A stretch of 64,000 nucleotides of DNA from Pseudomonadota bacterium (lineage in GTDB: Bacteria; Myxococcota_A; Polyangia; Polyangiales; JAFGIB01), in assembly GCA_017881185.1 (NCBI GenBank), contig JADGRE010000001.1, positions 9,286 to 73,285 on the forward strand. Direction: 5' to 3'. The translations under genes and the position numbers were made by a program. The notes beneath the pieces are model-generated. The model was given only the letters and a program-made list of their open reading frames with translations, had not been told where the DNA came from and did no database searches. Within the stretch, counting starts at the first letter, position 1, and each line of letters begins with the position of its first letter. Below, one piece after another: positions 10,258 to 19,403 of the stretch.

Positions 10258-11547
10258 TTGTTGATGCGTCGCAGTGTGTTGATCGGGATGCTGATTCTGG
10301 TGGCTGGGTGCGCAGCCGCCGCTTCAAACACCAGTCGCGGTCAAGGCGGTGCCAGCGGCGCTGGCGGCGCCGGCTCGAGTGGCAGCGGCAGCAACCAGGA
10401 CGGCGGCTCCGCCCTGAGCTTCGGCAATGGGAACCTCGATGGCAGCTTGCCCTCGCCATCCACCACCATGGATTCCGGCCAATGCGAAGCCGGCACCTTC
10501 TGCGCGCCCAAGTCAGCTGACGGAAACTGCGGCACCTTCACGGTCAAAGGCGACGTCAAAACCGTCGAGAAGCCGGGCAACGTGCTGCTGATCTTCGATC
10601 GCTCGGGCAGCATGGAGCAGCTGTGGAACGGCGTGGCCAAGTGGCAGGCCGCAGGCACCGCGATGGTGGCGGCGCTCACACCCATTCAGGACAAGCTCAC
10701 CATCGGCGCTGTGAACTTCCCCGGCCCGGTCATGGCCGGGGGCGGGACCGACGCCGGCACGTGCAACTTGATCACGAACATCGCGGCATGTTTCGGCGTC
10801 GCGGCCGGCGCAGGCTGCAATGTCAACCCGATCACCGCGCCCGATCAGATCACCTTCAAGCCTGGCGCACAGGCCGTGATCGAGCTGCAGAGCGGCGGCG
10901 CCGGAGGCACTCCAAAGTACGCGCCGGTCGCGGGCGGCAACACGCCGACCTCGGAAGGCGTTCAGCAGGCGGATACCGCGCTCAGGGGCGCGACGCTGAC
11001 AGGCACCACGGCGGTGGTGATCATCACGGATGGGCAGCCGAACTGCTCGTGGAACCAGCAGCTGACCACGACCACGATCGGTAACTGGCTCTCGCAGCTC
11101 AACGTCAAGACCTACGTGGTCGGTCTGCCCGGTGCGGGCGGCGGCGTGCTGGACGCACTCGCGCAAGCTGGCGGCACCACGGGGGCCGGTGGAGCCACCA
11201 ACTACATCACCCCGGCTGACCCCGCCACGTTGCAGACGAAGCTGGGCGAGATCGTCTCGAAGACCGTAAGCACCAGCTTCGACTCCTGCACGGTGCATCT
11301 CACACCGCCGGCGAAGGCGCCCGAGAAGCTGCACATGGTGGTCACGAGCGGTGGCCAACAGCAGGACGTGCCACACATGTTCCCGGGCCAGACGCAGCCT
11401 GCATGGACCATCAGCAAAGATGGCGGCACCGTCGACATCCTCGGTGACCTGTGCACCAACGTGAAGAAGGGCACCTACGAGTCGATCGGCTTCGTCTACG
11501 GCTGCGTGTCGCTGCCCCCAGCACCGCCGCCGCCTGGCCCGAGCTGA
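10258..11547 (+). CDS. lipoprotein with von Willebrand factor A (vWA) domain
   Basis: Lipobox LVAGC, MIDAS-type LLIFDRSGSM and VVIITDGQPN. Confidence 0.8.
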   Translation: MLMRRSVLIGMLILVAGCAAAASNTSRGQGGASGAGGAGSSGSGSNQDGGSALSFGNGNLDGSLPSPSTTMDSGQCEAGTFCAPKSADGNCGTFTVKGDVKTVEKPGNVLLIFDRSGSMEQLWNGVAKWQAAGTAMVAALTPIQDKLTIGAVNFPGPVMAGGGTDAGTCNLITNIAACFGVAAGAGCNVNPITAPDQITFKPGAQAVIELQSGGAGGTPKYAPVAGGNTPTSEGVQQADTALRGATLTGTTAVVIITDGQPNCSWNQQLTTTTIGNWLSQLNVKTYVVGLPGAGGGVLDALAQAGGTTGAGGATNYITPADPATLQTKLGEIVSKTVSTSFDSCTVHLTPPAKAPEKLHMVVTSGGQQQDVPHMFPGQTQPAWTISKDGGTVDILGDLCTNVKKGTYESIGFVYGCVSLPPAPPPPGPS

Positions 11548-11592
11548 TCGCGTTCGTGCGCACGTCGCTCGCCTGCGCAGCGCGAGCGCGCG

Positions 11593-13620
11593 CTAGCGAG
11601 GCGCAGGCGAAGCGCCGGGCGCTGGCGCCGATTTGCTGCTCGCCGCGGATGCAGGCGACGCCAGCGACAGCGCGATGCGAATGACGGCGCCGCTGCGAGG
11701 TGACAAGCGCACCAACTGCGGCTCGAAACCCGACAAGCGCAGCAGGCAAAGCTCTTCGGCGTCGGGCCGCGGCACTTCGGCCGGCGTGTTGCCCACGACG
11801 GCACCGCCCAGCACGATCTCGGCTCCCGGCGGCTCGGTGACAATCAACGTGCTCGGCGCAGCGACGGCCGCCGCTGACGGCGGCGGGGCGGTGGGGCTCG
11901 GCGCTTCGATCGCGACGTCGAGTGCGTCGTCGGCCTTACGCACGTGCCAGAGCCAGAAGCCGCCGGCCAGCGCCAACGCGGCCAGCGCAGTGACCAGCCT
12001 GGACCCGGCCATGCGGCCTGCGCGTGCCAACGGCGAGGCTTTGCGCTGGAGCAGCGCGCGCGAGATGAGCTGGGTCTCTTGGTCGCGCCACTCGGGAAGC
12101 GAGCGAACGCCGTCACCACGCGCCTGCTGACTGCGGATGAACGCCTCGTAGCTCTCGCGATCGCTGGGCAGCGGCTGATACGCCGACAGCGAGGACAGCG
12201 AGGACAACCTCGGTTGCGACGGATCGGCGCGCTGGGTCTGCACGCCGGGCAGCGCGGGCTCCACGATGACCGGTGGCAAGGGCAAGGCCGGTGTGGTGCC
12301 ACCCGCGCCGACGGCGACAACGGCAGGCGCGGCCGCGTCGGCGGATGCGACCGCGCTGCCGACAGCGTGCGCTGGTGCCGGCTCGACCGTCGCGCTGAGC
12401 ACGCTGGGCGCCGTCTTCGTTCCAGCTGACGATCGGACGCGCACAACTTCGACGGTCGCCGTGCTCGGCGCGGCTGCGCTCTGCGATGCTGGTTTTGCGG
12501 CGGCCGCCGGCGCGGCGGCCGCTGGCGCAGCGGCCGGGCTTTGGGCAGAGCTCGCGCTGTCAGACCGGAGCGGGCGCAGCAGCGGCGTCGGCTTGGCTGC
12601 GCGACGTGCAGCAGCGCCAGCCTCGGGCTCGCATGGCTCGGCATTCGGCACGCGAAGAAGGTCGGGCGGCGATGCTCGCGTTGCCGGTGGTGCCGGTGTT
12701 GCCACGGCGGTCGACGCGGGAGCACTCGGTGAGGTCGACACCACCTCCTGCCGAGTCGGGCGCGCTTGGCGACGCGCACCCGGTCGCTCCTTCGGAGTGG
12801 AGCGACGCGATCGAGATTCGTCGTCGGAGTCGAGGTCTGCAGGCAGCACTGACTCGGGCGGCGGGCTGAGCGAGCGGCCGACGACCTCGGGTGGCGCCGA
12901 GCTGTGACGCAGATCGATGTACTCCGACGAAACCTCGCGCATGGAGTACTGCCCCACCACACGGTTACCGGGCTGGGATGCGCGCAGAAGCTTAGGAAAT
13001 GGCGACTTGGAGCCCGAATCGAGGGCCGGCGGCGGCGTGCTCCTGGAAGCCACGTAGTTGTGCGCGACCGAGGGGCGAACCGCAGGCATCGGCCTAGTAC
13101 GGGCCGTGGCGATGTCATACGGCTCGGTGTCGGCCCGCCTCGAGATCGCGGGGCCACGTGGTGGCGGCAGCCGCCCACCAAGCGAAGGCGCGACGACTTT
13201 TGGAACGACGGCACCGCTGCCGATCTGCGTGGCGGACGGCGAGCGCGAGGGCGGCGGCGTCCCCTGCGCAGCACGCTCACGCTGCGACGGCAGCGCCGGG
13301 GGCCGCGAGCTGCGCGCGGGCGGCGGAGCGAACAGCCCGCCGGGCGAAGCCGCAGCACGCTCAGGCGCGGCATCGGCTGGCCGCGCGTGGACGCCGGAGT
13401 GATCGACGGCCCCGCCCGCAGAAGCCGACGGGCGGGCCGAGCCCAGGGTGGGTGGCGGAAGCTCCGAAGCGCGCGCCAGCGCAGCACCGGTTTGCCGGAT
13501 GCGGTCGCGCAACGAGTGGATGGGGAGCTTGTCGGTGGGGCGATGCGCAGTCGAAAGGTCGCTTACCGGACCCTGACCGTGCCTTCCGCCGTTGTCGCCG
13601 TTGTCACCGCTGCGTTGCAT
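11593..13620 (-). CDS. Pro/Ala/Ser-rich membrane protein with C-terminal PEGA domain
   Basis: TM helix LVTALAALALAGGFWLW. LIVTEPPGAEIVLGGAVVGNTPAEV is a PEGA signature. The start is ambiguous: the track gives 13815, and ATG 13620 (MQRSGDNG) leaves room for a divergent promoter with yggX. Confidence 0.65.
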   Translation of the reverse strand: MQRSGDNGDNGGRHGQGPVSDLSTAHRPTDKLPIHSLRDRIRQTGAALARASELPPPTLGSARPSASAGGAVDHSGVHARPADAAPERAAASPGGLFAPPPARSSRPPALPSQRERAAQGTPPPSRSPSATQIGSGAVVPKVVAPSLGGRLPPPRGPAISRRADTEPYDIATARTRPMPAVRPSVAHNYVASRSTPPPALDSGSKSPFPKLLRASQPGNRVVGQYSMREVSSEYIDLRHSSAPPEVVGRSLSPPPESVLPADLDSDDESRSRRSTPKERPGARRQARPTRQEVVSTSPSAPASTAVATPAPPATRASPPDLLRVPNAEPCEPEAGAAARRAAKPTPLLRPLRSDSASSAQSPAAAPAAAAPAAAAKPASQSAAAPSTATVEVVRVRSSAGTKTAPSVLSATVEPAPAHAVGSAVASADAAAPAVVAVGAGGTTPALPLPPVIVEPALPGVQTQRADPSQPRLSSLSSLSAYQPLPSDRESYEAFIRSQQARGDGVRSLPEWRDQETQLISRALLQRKASPLARAGRMAGSRLVTALAALALAGGFWLWHVRKADDALDVAIEAPSPTAPPPSAAAVAAPSTLIVTEPPGAEIVLGGAVVGNTPAEVPRPDAEELCLLRLSGFEPQLVRLSPRSGAVIRIALSLASPASAASSKSAPAPGASPAPR

Positions 13621-13826
13621 CGCGTGCGCCCAAAACGAAGTACCGCCAAGCTCCAGTTCTTCCCAAGAAGCGCCATCGAACGCAATGCCTAAACACCGAC
13701 GCGGCAGAAAATGCCGTACGTGTGACGCCGCCAGCGCCGGCGAAACGCGTGTGCCGACCCGCGTGGATGGTGATCCGCGCGCAAAACGCTTGACGTGGCG
13801 GCGCGCAAACACCAAATACGGAGGCT

Positions 13827-14111
13827 ATGGCTCGTACCGTGCATTGCGTGAAGCTGGGCAAAGACCTCGAAGGCTTGGACAAGCCGCCCATCAAGGGCGA
13901 GCTGGGCCAACGCGTGTTCGAGAACGTGTCCAAAGAAGCCTGGAAGCTCTGGGTCAGCCACTCCACGATGATCGTGAACGAATACCGCCTGGAGCTCGGC
14001 ACGCCAGAAGCCAACCGCGTGTGGCTGTCGGAGCTCGAGAAATTCTTCTTCGGCGAAGGCACGAAGCCGCCCGAAGGCTTCGTGCCCGAGAAGGCCGAGC
14101 CCAAGAGCTGA
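13827..14111 (+). CDS. yggX: Fe(2+)-trafficking / oxidative-damage protection protein
   Basis: MARTVHCVKLGKDLEGLDKPPIKGELGQRVFENVSKEAWKLW is the characteristic YggX sequence. Confidence 0.9.
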   Translation: MARTVHCVKLGKDLEGLDKPPIKGELGQRVFENVSKEAWKLWVSHSTMIVNEYRLELGTPEANRVWLSELEKFFFGEGTKPPEGFVPEKAEPKS

Positions 14112-14153
14112 GCTGCACGTTTCTGTGCGCCAGCGCGCGCAGTCCCGATCCGC

Positions 14154-14705
14154 ATGCAACGACGAGAGCACCTGCGACAGTTGCTACGCGAGCTGCGGCC
14201 GACCGACGCCGTCGAAGCGCAGCATCTGGCGCGCATGCACGTGCTGCTGGGGTCGAACGGCGATCCGTTCTCGCGCGAGCACTACCTGCCCGGGCACTTC
14301 ACCGCCAGCGCGTTCATCGTCAGCGCCGATCGCAGCGCGATGCTGCTGATCTTGCACGGGAAGCTTGGTCGCTGGTTGCAGCCTGGCGGCCACATCGATG
14401 CCGGCGACACGAACATCGTCGGCGCAGCCCGACGCGAGGTCGCCGAAGAAGTCGGCCTGCACGACTTACCGCTGCTCTTGCCCGGCATCTTCGATGTCGA
14501 CGTGCACACGATCCCCGCGCGTGGCAGCAGCCCTGCCCACGAGCACTTCGACGTGCGCTTCGCATTCGCGGCCGATGCGCAGCTGGCGCGCGCAGGCAGC
14601 GACGCGCGTGACGCGCGCTGGGTGAAGCTTGCGCAGGTCGAGCAGATCGAGAGCGATGCCTCGGTCATGCGCGCGGTGCACAAGCTACGGGCGGAGCAGA
14701 TCTGA
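14154..14705 (+). CDS. Nudix hydrolase
   Basis: Nudix box GGHIDAGDTNIVGAARREVAEEVGL. Confidence 0.85.
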   Translation: MQRREHLRQLLRELRPTDAVEAQHLARMHVLLGSNGDPFSREHYLPGHFTASAFIVSADRSAMLLILHGKLGRWLQPGGHIDAGDTNIVGAARREVAEEVGLHDLPLLLPGIFDVDVHTIPARGSSPAHEHFDVRFAFAADAQLARAGSDARDARWVKLAQVEQIESDASVMRAVHKLRAEQI

Positions 14706-15508
14706 TGGGGCTGGCCGACGTGCACGCGCATCTCACGAGCCCGCGTATGGCAGCCGATCTGCCACAGGTGCTCGAGCGCGCGCGTGCCGCGGGCGTGACC
14801 AGCATCATCAGCAACGGCCTCAACCCGCAGGACAACCGCGCAGTCGCTGCGCTCGCGGCAGCCGAGCCCTGCGTGAAGCCCGCATTCGGCTTCTACCCCG
14901 TCGACACGGTGCTGCCCCAGATGCGTGCCGCTGGTGTGGAGTACCCGCGCGAGGGCGAAGAGTGCAGCACGCAGGAAGGCATCGACTGCGTGCGCGAGCT
15001 GGCAGGAGCGGCCTTCGCGATCGGCGAAATCGGCCTCGACGGCCATTGGGTGCCCGAGGCCTTCTGGCCAGCGCAGGAAGACGCCTTCCGGACGCTGGTG
15101 CAGATTGCGCTGGAGGCCGACAAGGCCATCATCATTCACACGCGTAAGCGCGAGCGACGCACGCTGGAGCTGTTGCTCGAGCTGGGCGCCAGTCGCGTCA
15201 ACTGGCACTGCTTCGGCGGCAAGGTGAAGCTCGCGCGGGAGATCGCCGAGCAAGGCCATTACCTGTCGATCCCCGCCAACGCCCGGCGCTCCGAGAGCTT
15301 CACGCGCATGCTGCAAACGCTCCCCCGCGAGCGCGTGCTGCTCGAGACCGACTGCCCCTACCTGTCCCCGCAAGCCGGCGGCCAGAGCGAACCGGCAGAC
15401 GTCGCCGGCACGGCCCGCTATGCCGCCGAGCTGTGGTCAGCGCCCGCCGCAGAGGTGGAGCAGCAGACCGCCGAGAATTTCTTCCGGCTTTTCCGTGCTC
15501 CGCCCTAA
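14705..15508 (+). CDS. TatD-family metal-dependent hydrolase
   Basis: N-terminal DVHAHL and TatD-like layout. TGATG overlap with the Nudix gene. Confidence 0.88.
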   Translation: MGLADVHAHLTSPRMAADLPQVLERARAAGVTSIISNGLNPQDNRAVAALAAAEPCVKPAFGFYPVDTVLPQMRAAGVEYPREGEECSTQEGIDCVRELAGAAFAIGEIGLDGHWVPEAFWPAQEDAFRTLVQIALEADKAIIIHTRKRERRTLELLLELGASRVNWHCFGGKVKLAREIAEQGHYLSIPANARRSESFTRMLQTLPRERVLLETDCPYLSPQAGGQSEPADVAGTARYAAELWSAPAAEVEQQTAENFFRLFRAPP

Positions 15509-15683
15509 ACGCTGCCGCTCGGCCGGCGCGGGTTCGCGCGCTGTGCAAAAGGCTACCGTTTTGAGCCGTTTCGGGGGATCGGCGTCACCTATCCGTACCA
15601 AAGACTGCAGGGATTATGATACCCGGGCAGCAGAGCGGACGAGCGCGCCAGACTCCAAGTGGCGCGAGCAAGGGGAATGCGGG

Positions 15684-17462
15684 ATGGGTCGACAGTTGCA
15701 TCTGGGCTGGGTCGTGTGCGCGGTCGCTGTCTTCGCAATCTTCGCAGTCGGCGGCTGCGGCAAGAAGAAGGTCGCCGGCGGCGGGGCCGGAACCGGAGGC
15801 TACGGCTATTCCGGCACCACCGGTGCGGGCACGACTGGAGGCGTCGATGCTGGGTCCGGCACAGCCGGCAACAGCGCCGCCTGCGGCACGACCACCTGCC
15901 AAACCGGCCAGATCTGCGCGTCGGGCGTGTGCGTCCAGAGCTGCTCGATGGACTCCGAGTGCAACGGCGGCAAGTGCTGCAGCGGCATGTGCGCGACGAC
16001 GCAGACCGATCACTCCAACTGCGGTGCCTGCGGCACCACATGCTCCGCGACGCAGCAGTGCACGGCCGGTGCGTGCACGGGCCTCGTCTGCACTCCCGGC
16101 ACGACGACCGCGCCCAAAGACGACGCCGGCACCGACGATGGCGGAGTCGACAAGAGCGACGCCGGCAAGACGTCGACCGGCAGCAACGGCTGCCCAGCCA
16201 ACGAACAATGCATGACTAGCAGCAGCGGCACGCCAACCTGCATGTGCGGCGCTAGCACTGGCTGCGGCACGGGAGAGAGCTGCAGCAGCGCTGGCTCCTG
16301 CATGTGTGGCAGCAACGGGAGCTGCACGGCGCCCCAGCGGTGCTGCGGAGGTGCGGGTTGTGCCGACCTGCAGTCGGACCACTTGAACTGTGGCAAGTGC
16401 GGCGTCAGCTGCGCCAGTGGCGCGATCTGCAACGGCGGCGTGTGTAAGTGCCCGAGCGGGCAGATCGACTGCGGCGGCAAGTGCATCACGGCCAGCAGCG
16501 ACACCAACTGCGGCGCCTGCGGCAACAAGTGCGACAAGCCTGCAACCAGCTGCGGCCAGCGCACCACCGGCGCAGCGTTCGAGTGCCTGTGCGCGAACTA
16601 CTTCAACATCGACTGCGGTGGCACCTGCGTGAGCCCAGCGCAGAACGCCAACTGCGGCGGGTGTGGCAACGCCTGCAGCGCCGCAACCTCGTGCAAGGTG
16701 GATCCAGCCGACAGCGCGAAGCACAGCTGCCAGTGCCCGACCGCCGGCAACACCGACTGCAATGGCAACTGCGTCGACCTGCAATCGGACAAGAACCACT
16801 GTGGCTCGTGCGGGCTGGCCTGTCCGTCGGGGTCGACCTGCACCAAGGGCGAGTGCAGCTGTCCGGGCGGCGCCAGCCAGAAGTACTGCAACCTCGGCAC
16901 GGCGCAAGCGCCGAACTACATGTGCATCTCGATCACCAATGACGACAGCAACTGCTTCGCCTGCGGCAACGTGTGCCTGGGCAGCTCGGTCTGCGACGCC
17001 ACCGCCAAGGGCTGCATCTGCGTCGACCAAGCGCAGCAGCCGGACCCAAACAAGAGCTACTGCAAGGGCACCTGCGTCGATCCCAAGACCGACACGAAGA
17101 ACTGCGGCGGCTGCGGCATCGCGTGCCCGTCGGGGTCGGCGTGCAGCGCAGGCAAGTGCACGTGCAGCAGCGCCGACCAAGCCTGGTGCGAAACCACGCC
17201 GGGCAACTACGCGTGCATCGATGTCAAGAGCGACAAGAACAACTGTGGTAGTTGCGGCAACGTCTGCAACGGCGGCGCAGGCTGCTGCAACAAGGCATGC
17301 AAGACTGCAGCCGACTACAACACGCTGACCAACTGCGGCGCCTGCGGCACGGTCTGCGCCAAGCCGGTCGACACCAGCCTCGGCTGTACGGTGTTCCAGA
17401 GCTGCAAGGCTGCGGCGTGCAACGGCACCAACGGCGGCGCTCCGTACTCCTGCGCGCAGTAG
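15684..17462 (+). CDS. Cys-rich repeat lipoprotein (nine NCGxCGxxC modules)
   Basis: Signal peptide plus lipobox (AVGGCGKKK). AAGGGGA Shine-Dalgarno before ATG 15684. Nine copies of a D/N-x-x-NCG-x-CG-x-x-C-x(3-5)-C-x-x-G-x-C module. The track ORF start at 15420 was rejected. Confidence 0.8.
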   Translation: MGRQLHLGWVVCAVAVFAIFAVGGCGKKKVAGGGAGTGGYGYSGTTGAGTTGGVDAGSGTAGNSAACGTTTCQTGQICASGVCVQSCSMDSECNGGKCCSGMCATTQTDHSNCGACGTTCSATQQCTAGACTGLVCTPGTTTAPKDDAGTDDGGVDKSDAGKTSTGSNGCPANEQCMTSSSGTPTCMCGASTGCGTGESCSSAGSCMCGSNGSCTAPQRCCGGAGCADLQSDHLNCGKCGVSCASGAICNGGVCKCPSGQIDCGGKCITASSDTNCGACGNKCDKPATSCGQRTTGAAFECLCANYFNIDCGGTCVSPAQNANCGGCGNACSAATSCKVDPADSAKHSCQCPTAGNTDCNGNCVDLQSDKNHCGSCGLACPSGSTCTKGECSCPGGASQKYCNLGTAQAPNYMCISITNDDSNCFACGNVCLGSSVCDATAKGCICVDQAQQPDPNKSYCKGTCVDPKTDTKNCGGCGIACPSGSACSAGKCTCSSADQAWCETTPGNYACIDVKSDKNNCGSCGNVCNGGAGCCNKACKTAADYNTLTNCGACGTVCAKPVDTSLGCTVFQSCKAAACNGTNGGAPYSCAQ

Positions 17463-17469
17463 CGTGAGT

Positions 17470-17516
17470 GGCGCCGGGCTGCTGCGGGCGCTGGCCGCGG
17501 CAGCAGTACCGGCGCC
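17470..17516. terminator. GC-rich stem-loop between convergent genes (candidate bidirectional terminator)
   Basis: GGCGCCGG-G-CTGCTGC pairs with GCAGCAG-TA-CCGGCGCC, giving 15 bp around a 14-nt loop. It starts 8 nt after the stop of 15684-17462. There is no U-tract. Confidence 0.5.
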
Positions 17517-17522
17517 CCTGCC

Positions 17523-19364
17523 CTACACTTTGTCTTTGGCGCCGCTCGCGATCGTGATGCCGAAGATCTTGCGGTTGGACTGGGCGTCCGCCTGTGCCGC
17601 CAGCGTCTTGCGCCGCTCGAGGATCAGCACGTGGCGCTCGGCGTCCTTGTTGGTCTTGTCGATCGTGTGCGCCTTGCGGAACAACTTTTCGGCGAGATCG
17701 TCCTTCTTCTCCGTCATGGCGAGGTGTGCCAGCACGTAGAACGCGAAGCCGGCGTGCTCGTCGTTCTGCGAGAGCTTCTTCGCCACGTCACGCAACGCGA
17801 TGACCTCTTCGTTCTCGAGCTCCGGCACCGCACGGTACTTGGCGTACAGGTGGTAGATCCGGAAGACCTCGTCGTCCGGCTTCTGCTCGGCGAGACTGCG
17901 TAAGAGCTCTTCGGCGCGAGCAAAGTGCAGCTCGCGCAGGAAGTCTTGCGCCTGCCGCAGGTCCTGCTGCGGGTCGCGGCGAGTCGGAACAGGTTGGCTC
18001 ACCTGCGCCGCCGCTTGCCTGCGGCGTGCGAGCAGCTGTTGCAGATGTGTCTTGGCGTAACCGCCTGCGCCGGCTCCAGGATTTGCAGCCGCATGGGTTG
18101 TAGTGGCAGCCGGCGCTGGTGGGCGGGCAGCCGGCGCGCTGGCGGGCACAGCGGCCTGAGCGACCGGAGCGCCTTGTGCACGCATGCGTTGCTCGATCTC
18201 CTGGCCCAAGCGCCTGGCTGCGCCGCCACCGGGAACCCTGCGTGGTCGACCCGCACGCGCCTTGGCCTCGGCCAGAGCCTGCGCCACCACTTCGGCCTCG
18301 GTGTCGACGACCGGCGCACGTGCAGCGGGCGGTGCTGGCGCACGGGGCTCTACGAACTGGGCGCGCGAACGTTCAGCCGACGCGGCTGCTTCACGCGCTG
18401 CCACCGCCACCGCAGGCCGCGTCGACGCGCGACGCGCATCGACCGCAGGCATCGCATGCTGCGACCCGCTGCGGTTACCCGTCACCGCAGGCATCGCGTG
18501 CTGCGACCCGCTGCGGCCGCGTGCCCGATTGCCCATGACCTCCGAAGCCGAGCGCACGCCCGAGCGCTCCGCGTCTGGCGCCACCCGATACGGCGTCGTG
18601 GCAAACTCTGCCAGCCCGGCGATGTGCAGCAACGCGAGCAGCTGCAACGCATGATCGCTGTCGACAATCGACGAGTTGAACAGCGCCGCGATCGGCGCCT
18701 CGGTGTTGAGCGCACGCAACAGCTTGGTCTCGTCTTCGTCGAGCGCGAAGAACGCCGTCACCGCCGAGACCGGGCGAGTCAATCGCATGTAATGCCGCGA
18801 GGGCATCGGCACGAGCGAGCGCAGCAACTCTTCGTCGTAGAAGGTACGGACGCCCATGTACACGAGCGGCCCGACCTCCTGCGGGAAGTCACCCATGCCG
18901 CTGAGTGCGTCCGGCGAATCATCGAGCTCCACGCGGCAGTCGGCGAAGCTCATGGCCTGAATGATCTTGGCGCGCACGCGCTCGGACATCTCGGCTTGCA
19001 CCTGCTCGGCCCGCAGGAAGCCCAGCTTCACCGCCTGCTCCGCGAACACGAGATCCTCGTTCGCCACGAGACTCTCGGTCATGTGCGTCACGATCTCGGC
19101 GTACTGGTCGCGCGTGATCAAGGCGCGCTCGAGCGCCGCATCCGCCAGCGAGGCGCCGCCCTCGGCGTCCTCCACGAACGACGGGTGCCCGCGACGAAAT
19201 GCGAAGACGACGTACTTGTCGGCTGTCTCGACTTGCGCCAGCCCGCTAAACTCGCGCCGGCTCAGCCGACAGAACCAACCCGCGAGCCGTCCGGCATCCG
19301 GAGGCGCCGTGTCGTTATCGGCCTCAGGGAAACCTACAGTGTCCCCGAAATTGTACGTCATCAC
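17523..19364 (-). CDS. hypothetical protein: DUF4388-like N-terminus, Ala/Pro-rich linker, TPR-like C-terminus
   Basis: 613-aa ORF with coding bias. The N-terminus resembles the kinase C-terminal module. The C-terminal part (FARAEELLRSLAEQKPDDEVFRIYHLYAKY...) is TPR-like. Confidence 0.7.
   Translation of the reverse strand: MMTYNFGDTVGFPEADNDTAPPDAGRLAGWFCRLSRREFSGLAQVETADKYVVFAFRRGHPSFVEDAEGGASLADAALERALITRDQYAEIVTHMTESLVANEDLVFAEQAVKLGFLRAEQVQAEMSERVRAKIIQAMSFADCRVELDDSPDALSGMGDFPQEVGPLVYMGVRTFYDEELLRSLVPMPSRHYMRLTRPVSAVTAFFALDEDETKLLRALNTEAPIAALFNSSIVDSDHALQLLALLHIAGLAEFATTPYRVAPDAERSGVRSASEVMGNRARGRSGSQHAMPAVTGNRSGSQHAMPAVDARRASTRPAVAVAAREAAASAERSRAQFVEPRAPAPPAARAPVVDTEAEVVAQALAEAKARAGRPRRVPGGGAARRLGQEIEQRMRAQGAPVAQAAVPASAPAARPPAPAATTTHAAANPGAGAGGYAKTHLQQLLARRRQAAAQVSQPVPTRRDPQQDLRQAQDFLRELHFARAEELLRSLAEQKPDDEVFRIYHLYAKYRAVPELENEEVIALRDVAKKLSQNDEHAGFAFYVLAHLAMTEKKDDLAEKLFRKAHTIDKTNKDAERHVLILERRKTLAAQADAQSNRKIFGITIASGAKDKV
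18442..18516. repeat. 42-bp-period tandem duplication inside CDS (two 33-nt copies, one mismatch)
   Basis: ACCGCAGGCATCGC(A/G)TGCTGCGACCCGCTGCGG occurs at 18442-18474 and 18484-18516. It encodes SGSQHAMPAV twice. Confidence 0.85.
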
Positions 19365-19403
19365 AGTAATCTTGGATCCCCGGGGCCACGCCTGTCAACG
19401 GGA

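Noticed and set aside
15585-17180. 531-aa minus-strand ORF antisense to the Cys-rich lipoprotein gene
   Set aside because: Ala/Arg/Gly shadow. The plus-strand frame has a signal peptide, a lipobox and nine ordered Cys modules.
17925-19403. 5' two-thirds of the 890-aa plus-strand ORF
   Set aside because: It is antisense to 17523-19364 and Arg-rich. Only the part from TTG 19404 shows alpha/beta-hydrolase features.
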